From assembly GCA_032117075.1 (NCBI GenBank), contig JAUMAA010000004.1, forward strand, positions 2,629 to 66,628: a stretch of DNA of 64,000 bases, read 5' to 3'. The position numbers were made by a program, and so were the translations under genes. Source of the stretch: Patescibacteria group bacterium. Lineage in GTDB: Bacteria; Patescibacteriota; WWE3; UBA101185; UBA10185. Of the stretch, positions 1-9,768 are shown in pieces (within the stretch, counting starts at the first letter, position 1; each line of letters begins with the position of its first letter). The notes below the pieces were generated by a model. It searched no databases. It was not told where the DNA came from and worked only from the letters and a program-made list of their open reading frames with translations.

Positions 1-189
1 TAACATTTTTTCATTATCTTCAGATTGCCCATGCCTAAAAATGTAAAGAACAGGATAATTACTATCTTCATTTTTAGGCATGGTAGTTACTTCTTTATAG
101 TTTAACTTTTCAATAGCGGCTTCAACTTTTTCTTTTCCGTATTTATTGTAAAAAGGTGTTAAATCCATAAATTTATTTTAGCACCAAAG

Positions 190-819
190 TTATCTGTATT
201 TCCTAATAACACCAGTAACTTTTCCTTGAATTATTAGATTGTCTTCTGTGGTATAGATTGGATCCATATTTGGATTTGCAGGTTGAAGTCTTATTCTTCC
301 ATCCTTTTCCCTGATATATGTTTTCAAAGTTGCAAATCCATTATCAAGAAGAGCTACAACAATGTCCCCATTATCTGCTGTGTCTTGTTTTTGAATTACA
401 ACATAGTCACCATTAAAAATTCCTTCATCAATCATCGAGTCACCCTTTACTTGAAGTACAAAACATCTTTTAACACTTGATACCATGTCAGGCGATACTG
501 TTACTGTTTCGTAAGCATTTTCAATAGCATCTATAGGTTTTCCAGCCGCAATAAATCCTACTAATGGAAGTTCAATTCCTGACATACCAGTATCATAATT
601 TTCAGATACCAATTCAAGTCCTCTAACTGAACCTTCATACTTTCTTAAAACTCCTTTTCTAACTAAGGCATTTATATGTTCATGAACTGTTGCTAGAGAT
701 GATAGTCCCATCGCATTTGCAATTTCTTGTAATGTTGGCGATGAGTTATTCTTTTGAATGTATTGTGAGATAAAATCTACTATCTCTTTTTGTCTTTTAT
801 ACAATGTGACTGGTGACAT
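190..819 (-). CDS. lexA: LexA repressor (N-terminal winged HTH plus S24 autopeptidase domain; GDSM Ser and downstream Lys present)
   Basis: 209-aa ORF has the LexA-typical HTH (SPTLQEIANAMGLSSLATVHEHINALVRKGVL) and C-terminal S24 motifs (VKGDSMIDEGI ... QGKVTGVIRKY). It is divergent from uvrB. Confidence 0.85.
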   Translation of the reverse strand: MSPVTLYKRQKEIVDFISQYIQKNNSSPTLQEIANAMGLSSLATVHEHINALVRKGVLRKYEGSVRGLELVSENYDTGMSGIELPLVGFIAAGKPIDAIENAYETVTVSPDMVSSVKRCFVLQVKGDSMIDEGIFNGDYVVIQKQDTADNGDIVVALLDNGFATLKTYIREKDGRIRLQPANPNMDPIYTTEDNLIIQGKVTGVIRKYR

Positions 820-917
820 ATATTCCTTTCAAATTATTTACGGTTTTTTTTCGTTACTTTTAATATACCGAATATTTACCAAAGATGTCAAGAGTGTTTA
901 GATGTTAAAATAGAATT

Positions 918-2921
918 ATGTTTTATTTAGAATCAAGTTTTAAGCCAACAGGAGATCAACCTGCTGCAATAGATAAATTAACTGCCTATATAGTTGAAGG
1001 TGGTAAATACCAAACTCTTCTTGGGGTGACTGGATCAGGTAAAACCTTTACTATGGCTAATTTAATTCAAAATTTAGTAAGACCCACTTTAATTATTTCT
1101 CACAATAAGACCCTTGCAGCTCAGTTGTTTCAAGAATTTAGAGATTTTTTTCCTAAAAATGCTGTTGAATACTTTGTCTCTTACTATGACTATTACCAAC
1201 CAGAAAGTTACCTTCCATCCACAGATACTTATATAGAAAAGGACTCACAAATAAATGATGAGATCGATAAATTAAGGCTTTCAGCTACTACCTCACTAAT
1301 GACTCGAAAGGATGTAATTGTTGTTTCTTCTGTTTCATGTATTTATTCCTTAGGTTCCCCCGCAGAATATTCAAAATGCTCGGTAGAAATTAAAAGAGGA
1401 ATGAAACTTAGAGTACAAGATTTGCTAGTAAGATTATCCCAAACTCAATACCAAAGAAATGACTTAGATTTTAAAAGAGGAACTTTTAGATTAAAAGGCG
1501 ATGTTTTAGATATTTTCCCAGCTTACTCGGATATTCCAGTAAGAGTAGAGATATTTGAAGAGAAGGTTGAAAAAATTTATTATTTTGACCATCTAAATGG
1601 TGTTGCTTTAAAAAATAATTTAGGTGAATATTTAATAGATTTTATAGAAATTTATCCAGCTAAGCATTACATTGCTCCTGAGAGCACAAGAGATTCTGCT
1701 ATGGCACAGATTAGAAAAGACTTAGAAAGCAGGCTCAGGGTATTAAGAAGTGCTGGTAAAAATTTGGAAGCTTACAGATTAGAACAAAGAACAAATTACG
1801 ATTTAGAAATGATTACCGAAATTGGATACTGTAAAGGAATTGAAAACTATTCTAGGTACTTTGATGGTAGGGAAGAAGGAGGAGCTCCTTATTCATTGTT
1901 AGATTATTTTCCAGAAGGTTATCTTTTAATTATCGATGAGTCACATATTACTCTTCCCCAAGTAAGAGGAATGTATAACGGTGACAGGGCTAGAAAACAA
2001 ACACTTGTTGATTATGGTTTTAGGTTGCCCTCAGCTTTAGATAATAGACCCTTAAACTTCCATGAATTCCTAGAAAGAACTGGTCATACTTTATTTGTAT
2101 CAGCAACACCTTCTGATGCTGAAATTAGTTTTAGTGAAGGAAAAGTAGCAGAACAAATTATCAGGCCAACTGGAATCATTGAACCAAAGATTGAAATATT
2201 ACCTACTCAAAACCAAGTTAACGATTTGATTGATAAGATTAATCTCAGAGTTGAGAGAGGTGAAAGAGTCTTGGTGACTACTATGACTAAAAGAATGGCG
2301 GAAGAGTTATCTAACTATTTAATTGAAAAGAAAATTAAAGCTGCCTATTTACACTCAGATATAGATACCTTAGAAAGAACAAATATTTTGGATGACTTAA
2401 GAAGGGGAAACTATGATGTATTAATAGGAATTAATCTTTTAAGAGAAGGGTTAGATTTACCTGAGGTAACCTTGGTTGCAATTTTAGATGCTGATAAAGA
2501 AGGATTTTTAAGATCAAAATCTTCATTAATTCAAACAATGGGAAGGGCAGCTAGACATGTTTTAGGTGAGGTAGTGATGTATGCAGATAGGATTACTAAA
2601 AGTATGCAGGAAGCTATGGATGAGGTTGAAAGAAGAAGAGTAATTCAGGAAGAATATAATTTAAAAAATAATATTACACCTCAAAAAATTATTAAACCAA
2701 TAAGACAGAAATTAATTGATGAAATAATTGAAGAAAAAGAAAAAAAGTCAGGAAAGAGAATTAAAGCTGTCAGTTACGAATCACTTCCTCCAAAAGATTT
2801 AGAAAAAGAATTAAAAAAGCTGACTGAGGAGATGAAATACGAAGCAGAAATTTTAAACTTTGAAAAGGCAGCTTCAATCAGAGATGAAGTTAAAAAAATT
2901 CGAAAAATTTTGAATATTTAA
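918..2921 (+). CDS. uvrB: Excinuclease ABC subunit B (UvrB)
   Basis: 667-aa ORF with GDQPAAI, Walker A GVTGSGKTF, helicase motifs and a C-terminal UVR domain. Full-length UvrB architecture. Confidence 0.95.
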   Translation: MFYLESSFKPTGDQPAAIDKLTAYIVEGGKYQTLLGVTGSGKTFTMANLIQNLVRPTLIISHNKTLAAQLFQEFRDFFPKNAVEYFVSYYDYYQPESYLPSTDTYIEKDSQINDEIDKLRLSATTSLMTRKDVIVVSSVSCIYSLGSPAEYSKCSVEIKRGMKLRVQDLLVRLSQTQYQRNDLDFKRGTFRLKGDVLDIFPAYSDIPVRVEIFEEKVEKIYYFDHLNGVALKNNLGEYLIDFIEIYPAKHYIAPESTRDSAMAQIRKDLESRLRVLRSAGKNLEAYRLEQRTNYDLEMITEIGYCKGIENYSRYFDGREEGGAPYSLLDYFPEGYLLIIDESHITLPQVRGMYNGDRARKQTLVDYGFRLPSALDNRPLNFHEFLERTGHTLFVSATPSDAEISFSEGKVAEQIIRPTGIIEPKIEILPTQNQVNDLIDKINLRVERGERVLVTTMTKRMAEELSNYLIEKKIKAAYLHSDIDTLERTNILDDLRRGNYDVLIGINLLREGLDLPEVTLVAILDADKEGFLRSKSSLIQTMGRAARHVLGEVVMYADRITKSMQEAMDEVERRRVIQEEYNLKNNITPQKIIKPIRQKLIDEIIEEKEKKSGKRIKAVSYESLPPKDLEKELKKLTEEMKYEAEILNFEKAASIRDEVKKIRKILNI

Positions 2922-3081
2922 ATTAGTTCTTCTCAATATATTTTTTTAATTTAATATAAATGTATGCCCAAATTTACAACTAATCTCACAAGATTAGAAA
3001 AACTACTTTTAGTAGGTTCTCTTGTATTTTTAGTTTATTATTCATATTGGTTTTTAAACTATGGGTTATATTTATAACTAC

Positions 3082-3109
3082 TTGAAATTCTCCCTTTTTT
3101 CTATACAAT
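3082..3109 (+). promoter_or_regulatory. Candidate sigma70-like promoter (TTGAAA-N16-TACAAT) upstream of the hypothetical ORF
   Basis: TTGAAA at 3082-3087 and TACAAT at 3104-3109 with a 16-nt spacer, about 27 nt before the ATG at 3136. Sequence pattern only. Confidence 0.3.
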
Positions 3110-3135
3110 AAAGTAATCTTCCTGCCACACCATTT

Positions 3136-3708
3136 ATGGACAAAAGGAAGCTAAGTTTATTATTAAAAAGAAATATAAGAAAGATAGAATCTCAGGATGT
3201 TTACGATTATCTTGATAAATTCGTTCTTAACAAATCAGAACTAGATCTTGCCAGCAAATTAAAATTAAACACTCTAGAGAAGTCATTAATTGATATTAAA
3301 GATGTAAAGAAATTTCTTAACCATATATCCAAGTTGACTGGGTTTTGTGTCTTTATAATTTCCAAAAACCATCTTTTTTACTCAGGTAACGATTCTAATT
3401 CTGATTTTACAACTTTCAATAAATTATCATTATTTAGACATTCTTTGAAAGATATTGAAAATGGGAAGCTGCTTAAATTGATTAATCAGAAATCGAACCA
3501 ACATGATTATAATGTTAAGGTTGTTCCAAATTTGGATAAATTTCAAATCGAGGATTCATTACTAGTTTCAGTAAGACTTCCTCATTCAAGTCTTAATCTA
3601 GGAGTTTTAGGTGGTATGGATTCTGATTTGGAAACAACTGTTAATATCATTAATTATCTCTATAATTCCCAAACATTTAACGAAAGAATATCAAGAATAT
3701 TCTACTAA
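3136..3708 (+). CDS. Hypothetical protein inserted between uvrB and uvrA. No catalytic motif recognised; faint GAF-like pattern.
   Basis: 190-aa ORF with AT-rich codon usage typical of the neighbours, 18 nt upstream of uvrA. Segments VFIISKNHLFYSGN and LPHSSLNLGVLGG weakly recall the CodY/HrcA-type GAF ligand-binding fold. Confidence 0.45.
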   Translation: MDKRKLSLLLKRNIRKIESQDVYDYLDKFVLNKSELDLASKLKLNTLEKSLIDIKDVKKFLNHISKLTGFCVFIISKNHLFYSGNDSNSDFTTFNKLSLFRHSLKDIENGKLLKLINQKSNQHDYNVKVVPNLDKFQIEDSLLVSVRLPHSSLNLGVLGGMDSDLETTVNIINYLYNSQTFNERISRIFY

Positions 3709-3726
3709 TAATAGTATAATTAAAAA

Positions 3727-6678
3727 ATGGACAAGATTGTTGTAAAGAATGCTAAGCATCACAATTTAAAGAATGTAAGCCTTGAAATACCGAAATACAA
3801 AATGGTTGTATTTACCGGTGTCTCTGGATCTGGAAAATCATCGATGGCAATGGATACCATTTTTGCTGAGGGTCAAAGAAGATATGTGGAAAGCTTATCT
3901 GCTTATGCTAGGCAATTTTTAGGAGTTATGGAGAAACCAGATGTTGAAAGTATTGATGGCCTTTCTCCCTCTATTGCAATTGACCAAAAAACTACTTCCA
4001 GAAATCCAAGATCGACAGTAGGAACTATCACTGAAATTTACGATTATTTAAGACTTTTATATGCCAGAGTTGGTCATCCACATTGTCCAGAATGTGGTTC
4101 AGAAATCTCAAGACTATCCATAGATCAAATATTTGGGAATGTTGTTTCCACGATATGTAAACATTTAAATTTTTCAACAGCAAAAGGTGTAAGATTTATG
4201 ATCTTATCCCCAATCATTAAAGAGAAAAAGGGAGAGTATCAATCATTATTTGAAAATTTAAGAAAACAGGGGGTAGTTAGAGCTAGAGTAGATGGAAAAG
4301 TAAGAGATTTGAATGAAGAGATTTCACTTTTGAAAAATAATAAACACACTATTGAAGGAATAATTTTCAGAGGAACCTATTCAGAAAGAACCTATAATCT
4401 TGAAGACTCTAGAAAAGAATTTGAGTCAAATTTAATCCAAAATATTGAAACAGCATTAAAGATGGCAAACGGAAATGCAATTCTATCTATTATTGAGGAT
4501 GATACCTACGAATTTCCTGAGAGTCCATCTGTAATGAAAGATTTTTTATATTCCGAAAATTTTGCTTGTCCTAAATGTTTAATTTCTCTTCCCGACATTG
4601 AACCTAGAACCTTTTCATTTAATAGTCCTTTTGGAGCTTGTAAAAAGTGTGATGGTTTGGGAATTGAACAGATAGTTGATGAGGATACTGTCTTGAATAA
4701 AAACCTTTCCCTTGCTGAAGGTGGGGTTATGCCTTGGGGACGGTTTTTTGAATATGACTCATGGATTATGAAGGTTTTAGAAGCTGTTTGTCATGAATAT
4801 TCTATTTCCATGAGAAAGCCAATCCAGGAGCTTTCTCAAAATGAGATTAATATTATTCTAAATGGTTTTCCTGAAGAAAAGAAATTTAAAATCAAATATA
4901 GAAATCAGGAAGGAAAAACTTCAGAATATGAGGCACATTATGAGGGTGTTTTAAATTATTTACTTAGAAAATATAGAGAAACTAAATCGGATAACCAGAA
5001 AGAAGAGATAGAAAAATATTTGATAAATGTTCCTTGTTCTCTTTGTCATGGAGCTAGATTAAGTAATGAAGCCTTATCAGTAGTAATTCAAGAAAAGAAT
5101 ATTTCAGAAGTTTGTGCTCTTTCTATTGATGAGTTTCAAAAATGGTCACAAACTCTAGAAGCAAACTTTAATGAAAGAGAAAGAAAGATTTCTGACCCAA
5201 TTTTAAAAGAAATTACTTTTAGGATTAAATTTTTAATTGATGTTGGATTAACTTACCTATCCTTAGATAGATCTAGTGCTCAGTTATCTGGAGGCGAAGC
5301 TCAGAGAATTAGACTTGCATCTCAAATTGGATCAGGGCTTTCAGGTGTCTTATATGTTTTAGATGAGCCTTCCATCGGACTTCATCCTAGAGATCAATCA
5401 AAGTTGATAAAAACTCTTCATCATTTAAGGGATTTAGGAAATACACTAATTGTAGTTGAGCACGATAACGAAACAATGCTTGAATCTGATTATATTGTTG
5501 ATTTTGGTCCTGGTGCGGGGGAGTTAGGAGGTAAGGTAATCTCACAAGGTACCCCAGAAGAGATTATGAAAGATTCTAATTCAATTACAGGTAAATACTT
5601 ATCAGGAAAATTAAAAGTTGGTCATAAAGGATTTAAAGTTCCTGAAGAAGAAAAACAAAGTAGGAAGAAATGGGATGGTGAGTATTTACTTTTAAAAAAT
5701 GCCACAGGAAGAAATCTAAAAGGGGTGGATCTAACAATTCCTCTTGGAAAACTAATTTCTATAACTGGAGTTTCTGGTTCTGGAAAATCTACATTAATCA
5801 TGGATACCTTCTTGAAAGAATTAAGGCACTTTTTTGGTCTAAAAAATGAGGAAAAACCTGAAACTAATGATGGATTGTTTGGATGTGAACATTTGGATAA
5901 AGTTATTTCTATAGATCAAAATCCGATTGGTAGAACACCTAAATCAAATCCTGCCACATATACTAAAGTTTTTGATGAGATTAGAGATTTATATGCTCAA
6001 ACAGAAGATTCAAAAATCAGAGGCTACCAACCTGGTAGATTTTCTTTCAATGTAAAAGGAGGAAGATGTGAGGCTTGTTTTGGAGAAGGTCAGGTGAAAA
6101 TAGAAATGCAATTTATGCCTGATGTATATGTGAATTGTGAAGTTTGTCAGGGGAAGAGGTACAACAGGGAGGCTCTGGAGATTGTATATAAAGGAAAAAA
6201 TATTGCTGATGTTCTAGATATGAATATTGATGAGGCTGTTAGTTTCTTTAAGAACATTCCTGCTATTTATAAAAAACTTGCTACATTGCAAGAAGTAGGG
6301 TTAGGGTATATCAAATTAGGTCAAAGTGCTCCTACACTATCTGGAGGAGAGGCACAGAGAGTTAAGTTGGCTACCGAACTTTCTAAGAGATCTACTGGAA
6401 GAACTTTGTATATTCTTGATGAGCCTACTACAGGCCTTCACTTTGCAGATCTAGAAAATCTAATTTCAGTTATGAAGAGATTAGTTGCTACTGGAAATAC
6501 TGTTCTAGTAATAGAACATAATTTGGATATTGTTTTAAATTCTGATTTTATTGTCGACCTCGGCCCCGAAGGCGGAAAAAACGGAGGTCAAAAAGTTTTC
6601 GAAGGCTCTTTGCCTGAGTTACTAAAACATAAATCATCACATACAGCAGAAGCCCTAAGAAGAATATATAAATTGTAA
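3727..6678 (+). CDS. uvrA: Excinuclease ABC subunit A (UvrA)
   Basis: 983-aa ORF with two ABC ATPase modules (GVSGSGKSS, GVSGSGKST), Cys clusters of the UvrA zinc modules, and ABC signature LSGGEAQR twice. Confidence 0.95.
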   Translation: MDKIVVKNAKHHNLKNVSLEIPKYKMVVFTGVSGSGKSSMAMDTIFAEGQRRYVESLSAYARQFLGVMEKPDVESIDGLSPSIAIDQKTTSRNPRSTVGTITEIYDYLRLLYARVGHPHCPECGSEISRLSIDQIFGNVVSTICKHLNFSTAKGVRFMILSPIIKEKKGEYQSLFENLRKQGVVRARVDGKVRDLNEEISLLKNNKHTIEGIIFRGTYSERTYNLEDSRKEFESNLIQNIETALKMANGNAILSIIEDDTYEFPESPSVMKDFLYSENFACPKCLISLPDIEPRTFSFNSPFGACKKCDGLGIEQIVDEDTVLNKNLSLAEGGVMPWGRFFEYDSWIMKVLEAVCHEYSISMRKPIQELSQNEINIILNGFPEEKKFKIKYRNQEGKTSEYEAHYEGVLNYLLRKYRETKSDNQKEEIEKYLINVPCSLCHGARLSNEALSVVIQEKNISEVCALSIDEFQKWSQTLEANFNERERKISDPILKEITFRIKFLIDVGLTYLSLDRSSAQLSGGEAQRIRLASQIGSGLSGVLYVLDEPSIGLHPRDQSKLIKTLHHLRDLGNTLIVVEHDNETMLESDYIVDFGPGAGELGGKVISQGTPEEIMKDSNSITGKYLSGKLKVGHKGFKVPEEEKQSRKKWDGEYLLLKNATGRNLKGVDLTIPLGKLISITGVSGSGKSTLIMDTFLKELRHFFGLKNEEKPETNDGLFGCEHLDKVISIDQNPIGRTPKSNPATYTKVFDEIRDLYAQTEDSKIRGYQPGRFSFNVKGGRCEACFGEGQVKIEMQFMPDVYVNCEVCQGKRYNREALEIVYKGKNIADVLDMNIDEAVSFFKNIPAIYKKLATLQEVGLGYIKLGQSAPTLSGGEAQRVKLATELSKRSTGRTLYILDEPTTGLHFADLENLISVMKRLVATGNTVLVIEHNLDIVLNSDFIVDLGPEGGKNGGQKVFEGSLPELLKHKSSHTAEALRRIYKL

Positions 6679-8416
6679 TTAATGCTGTATAAGCTACTGG
6701 GTTTTGAATCTCGATTTTTGTTTTATTGCTGCCAAAATCTTCAAAAGTAATCTCTTCTCCTTTTTTTACAAAAACTGTTTTACTTTGAAACGGTAATACA
6801 TTTTCACCGCTGATATTAAATAAAGTCGAATTACCTTTATTAGTAATTCTAATTGGTTCTATTTCTCTTAATAAGCTGAAAAAGTTAAAACTGAAAACTT
6901 TTTCAGCAGAGTAATCCTTAGTATATAAAACACTGTCAGCATTTTCTGGAAAATCGAACTCAAGGTATTTTTTGTTTGTATCAACTTTGTAAAAACCAGC
7001 TGCAATTGGGTATTTAGAGTCTAAACCCTTAGTTACAAGTGTAATATGATTCAAATCTAGTTTAGAGAAATAGTCAATTCCAGAAGTGTTTCCCCATGTA
7101 GGATCTATTTGTACCCAACCGAACTTTGGGTCGTAAAATTCAGGCCAAGCATGTAACCTATCCCCTTCATTGATTGATATGTTGATTGGGTTTTTTTCAG
7201 GATCTTTCGAATAAGCATAGCCATTTATTTCTCTAGCCGGTATACCCATACTTCTTGCAATTGCAATAAAGGTATCTGTGAATTCCATACAGCCCATTTT
7301 TGATTCTCTTTTAAGAGTTTTTAAAGCACCGTATCTTTCAATAGAGTTCTTTTTTAATATTTCAAAATCATATTTATAGTTCTCTATTAAAAATTTATAA
7401 ATTTTTTGTGCATTCAAACTAACATTTTTTGAATTATCTTTTATTTTTTCAGCTGTTTCTCTAACTTCCTTAGAATTAACTTCCCAGTAAATTTGTTCTT
7501 TAGTATATTTTTTAATTAAGTCACCGGGTATATCTTCCAAGTTTCCTCCATTTTCAGGATCTATTTGAACACCATAAGTTCTTACCGATCCTTTTAAAGA
7601 AATTTCCATATTAGAGGAGGGGTTTAATCTATATTTAGCTAGATAATTTCCATCTTCATCTTGATAAATCTCTAATGGTTTAGGTTCTAAGCTTTCAAAT
7701 TTTATTTCTTGTCTTTTATAAATATCTGGAACTAAAGCTATTTCTCTCGTTTGGAACCATTTAGTGTCATTAATTAGATCGTACTTGATATTGAAATTGA
7801 TTAATTGATATTCACCAAAAGTAGCTGAGATAGCCTTGTCTAATATTTCTTCACCTTCAAAAATAAATTTATATTTACCATCTTTTACTTCTTTAGAATT
7901 TGGATTTGGAGATATGTAGATAATATTTCCAGAATTCTCTGGAATTGTAAGATTTATTTTTAATGTTCTAATGTTGTTCTTTGGAATTTTAGGCAAATTA
8001 ATATTAAGAATTTTGCCATTTTTCTGTACTAAATCTCTACTTTTATACAATAAGGTAAATTTGTTGGCCTGGTTCTTCCCAATTTTTACTCCCCTTAAAC
8101 TAATTGTAACTTTTTTGGTATCGTTTTCTTCATCCTCCTTAATTTCTAAAAGACCGTTTTGATCTCTAGCTTCTAAATCAAAATAGTTATATTCTTCGAG
8201 ATTTTGTGTGAATGAAGTAATTGCTAAATCGTTTTGAACATTTACAATACTAAAATTTTTTTCTACCTCAAAGAATCCTTCTGAATTATAAGTATAATTA
8301 ATATTCAAGTCTATTAAAAACTCTTCATTAATTGCTAAAGTCTTTAGAGAAAAAAAGACTATAAAAATTGAAAAAAAGACAGGTATAAATTTTTTTAACA
8401 TACTCAAATGATACAA
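6548..8416 (-). CDS. Transglutaminase-like (TGc) domain protein with N-terminal signal/TM and C-terminal TM anchor
   Basis: 622-aa ORF. The Cys-His-Asp core of the transglutaminase-like fold is recognisable (GCMEFTDTFIAIARSMGIPAR ... HAWPEFY ... QIDPTWG). N-terminal hydrophobic leader and a C-terminal hydrophobic helix followed by a basic tail. Confidence 0.55.
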   Translation of the reverse strand: MYHLSMLKKFIPVFFSIFIVFFSLKTLAINEEFLIDLNINYTYNSEGFFEVEKNFSIVNVQNDLAITSFTQNLEEYNYFDLEARDQNGLLEIKEDEENDTKKVTISLRGVKIGKNQANKFTLLYKSRDLVQKNGKILNINLPKIPKNNIRTLKINLTIPENSGNIIYISPNPNSKEVKDGKYKFIFEGEEILDKAISATFGEYQLINFNIKYDLINDTKWFQTREIALVPDIYKRQEIKFESLEPKPLEIYQDEDGNYLAKYRLNPSSNMEISLKGSVRTYGVQIDPENGGNLEDIPGDLIKKYTKEQIYWEVNSKEVRETAEKIKDNSKNVSLNAQKIYKFLIENYKYDFEILKKNSIERYGALKTLKRESKMGCMEFTDTFIAIARSMGIPAREINGYAYSKDPEKNPINISINEGDRLHAWPEFYDPKFGWVQIDPTWGNTSGIDYFSKLDLNHITLVTKGLDSKYPIAAGFYKVDTNKKYLEFDFPENADSVLYTKDYSAEKVFSFNFFSLLREIEPIRITNKGNSTLFNISGENVLPFQSKTVFVKKGEEITFEDFGSNKTKIEIQNPVAYTALITIYIFFLGLLLYVMIYVLVTQAKSLRKLFDLRFFRLRGRGRQ

Positions 8417-8423
8417 TTTTATT

Positions 8424-9764
8424 ATGAATTCGACAAATATTGAGGCAAAACTAAAAGTATTACCTACATATCCGGGAGTTTATAAATTTTTTAATCTTGA
8501 GGGTGATGTAATATATGTAGGTAAGGCAAAAAATTTAAGAAATAGAGTCAAATCTTATTTTAGAGTGAGTGTGGGTAAGGATACAAAGACCCAAGCATTG
8601 GTTGAAAATATCAATGATTTAGAATACATTGAAGTTTCAACTGAACTCGAGGCTTTAATTTTAGAAGAAAAATTAGTTAAAAAATTCCAGCCTAAATATA
8701 ATATTCTTTTGAAGGATGATAAATCTTTCTTATACATAGTTTTGAGGGAGAGTATTGTTAGTATTGAAAAGAGAGAGCTGAGTTTTCCTCAGGTTATTTC
8801 CGCTAGAAAGACAGATTTGAAACCTACTGATATATATTTTGGTCCGTACCCAAGGGCAGAGGTTGCGAAATATGTTCTTAGAACATTAAGAAAAATTATT
8901 CCTTTTAGAGATTGCACTAAATCAAAATTTATGAGTTACAAAAGAATGGGCAAGCCTTGTTTGTATGGTCACTTAGGCTTATGCCAAGCCCCTTGTACAG
9001 GAGCAGTAAGTTCAAAAGATTATAAGTCTGATTTAATGAAAATAAAAAAGTTTTTAGATGGAAATTTTAAAAAAATAATTCTAGATGTTCATAAAGAGAT
9101 GGTGGAAGAATCGAAAAATGAAAATTTTGAAAGAGCTGCCAAACTCAGAGATATTGTTAAGAAATTCGAGTATCTCACAATTAATTCTAAAAAAATTGAT
9201 TTAATTGCAGAAAATCCTCTTTTGGCTGAGGATTTGATTAGTGAATCACTAGATAACCTACTGAAAAATATTCCTATTTTAAAAGATTATCCTGAAAGAA
9301 TAGAGTGTTATGACATTTCAAATTTATCTGGAACAGAAGCAACTGCTTCCATGACAGTTGCAATAAATGGTAAGTTAAATAATTCGGAATATAGAAGATT
9401 TAAAATTAAATTCAAGAAAACACCTGATGATTTTGAAATGATGAGGGAAACTCTTAGAAGAAGATTTAAAAGATCTCTTTTAGAAGATAGCTGGAGATTA
9501 CCAAATTTAATTATTTTAGATGGAGGTAAAGGTCAGCTTTCGGCCGGTCTATCCGTAGTAGAAGAGATGAAACTAGATGTACCGATGATTTCAATTGCAA
9601 AAAGAGAAGAAATCTTAATTTATCAAGAAAATGGGGAGTTTTACGAAGTAAAACTCCCTAGAAACGATGAAGCGCTAAAACTAGTTCAAAGATTGAGAGA
9701 TGAGGCTCACAGATTCGCCAAAAAATATCACCATCAACTTAGAATGAAAAAGTTGTTATCATAG
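8424..9764 (+). CDS. uvrC: Excinuclease ABC subunit C (UvrC), short form lacking the C-terminal (HhH)2 domain
   Basis: 446-aa ORF with GIY-YIG (YPGVYKF ... VIYVGKAKNLRNR), Cys-rich region, UVR domain (FERAAKLRDIVKKFEYL) and RNase H-like endonuclease domain (YDISNLSG ... ILDGGKGQL ... RDEAHRFA). It ends where the HhH2 domain of canonical 600-aa UvrC begins. Confidence 0.8.
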   Translation: MNSTNIEAKLKVLPTYPGVYKFFNLEGDVIYVGKAKNLRNRVKSYFRVSVGKDTKTQALVENINDLEYIEVSTELEALILEEKLVKKFQPKYNILLKDDKSFLYIVLRESIVSIEKRELSFPQVISARKTDLKPTDIYFGPYPRAEVAKYVLRTLRKIIPFRDCTKSKFMSYKRMGKPCLYGHLGLCQAPCTGAVSSKDYKSDLMKIKKFLDGNFKKIILDVHKEMVEESKNENFERAAKLRDIVKKFEYLTINSKKIDLIAENPLLAEDLISESLDNLLKNIPILKDYPERIECYDISNLSGTEATASMTVAINGKLNNSEYRRFKIKFKKTPDDFEMMRETLRRRFKRSLLEDSWRLPNLIILDGGKGQLSAGLSVVEEMKLDVPMISIAKREEILIYQENGEFYEVKLPRNDEALKLVQRLRDEAHRFAKKYHHQLRMKKLLS

Positions 9765-9768
9765 TCTT

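Noticed and set aside
820-917. Canonical SOS box upstream of lexA/uvrB
   Set aside because: I searched by eye for CTGT-N8-ACAG, GAAC-N4-GTTC, GTTC-N7-GTTC and GTAC-N4-GTAC and found none. Only a weak ACGG-T8-CGT dyad is present, reported above as a low-confidence finding.
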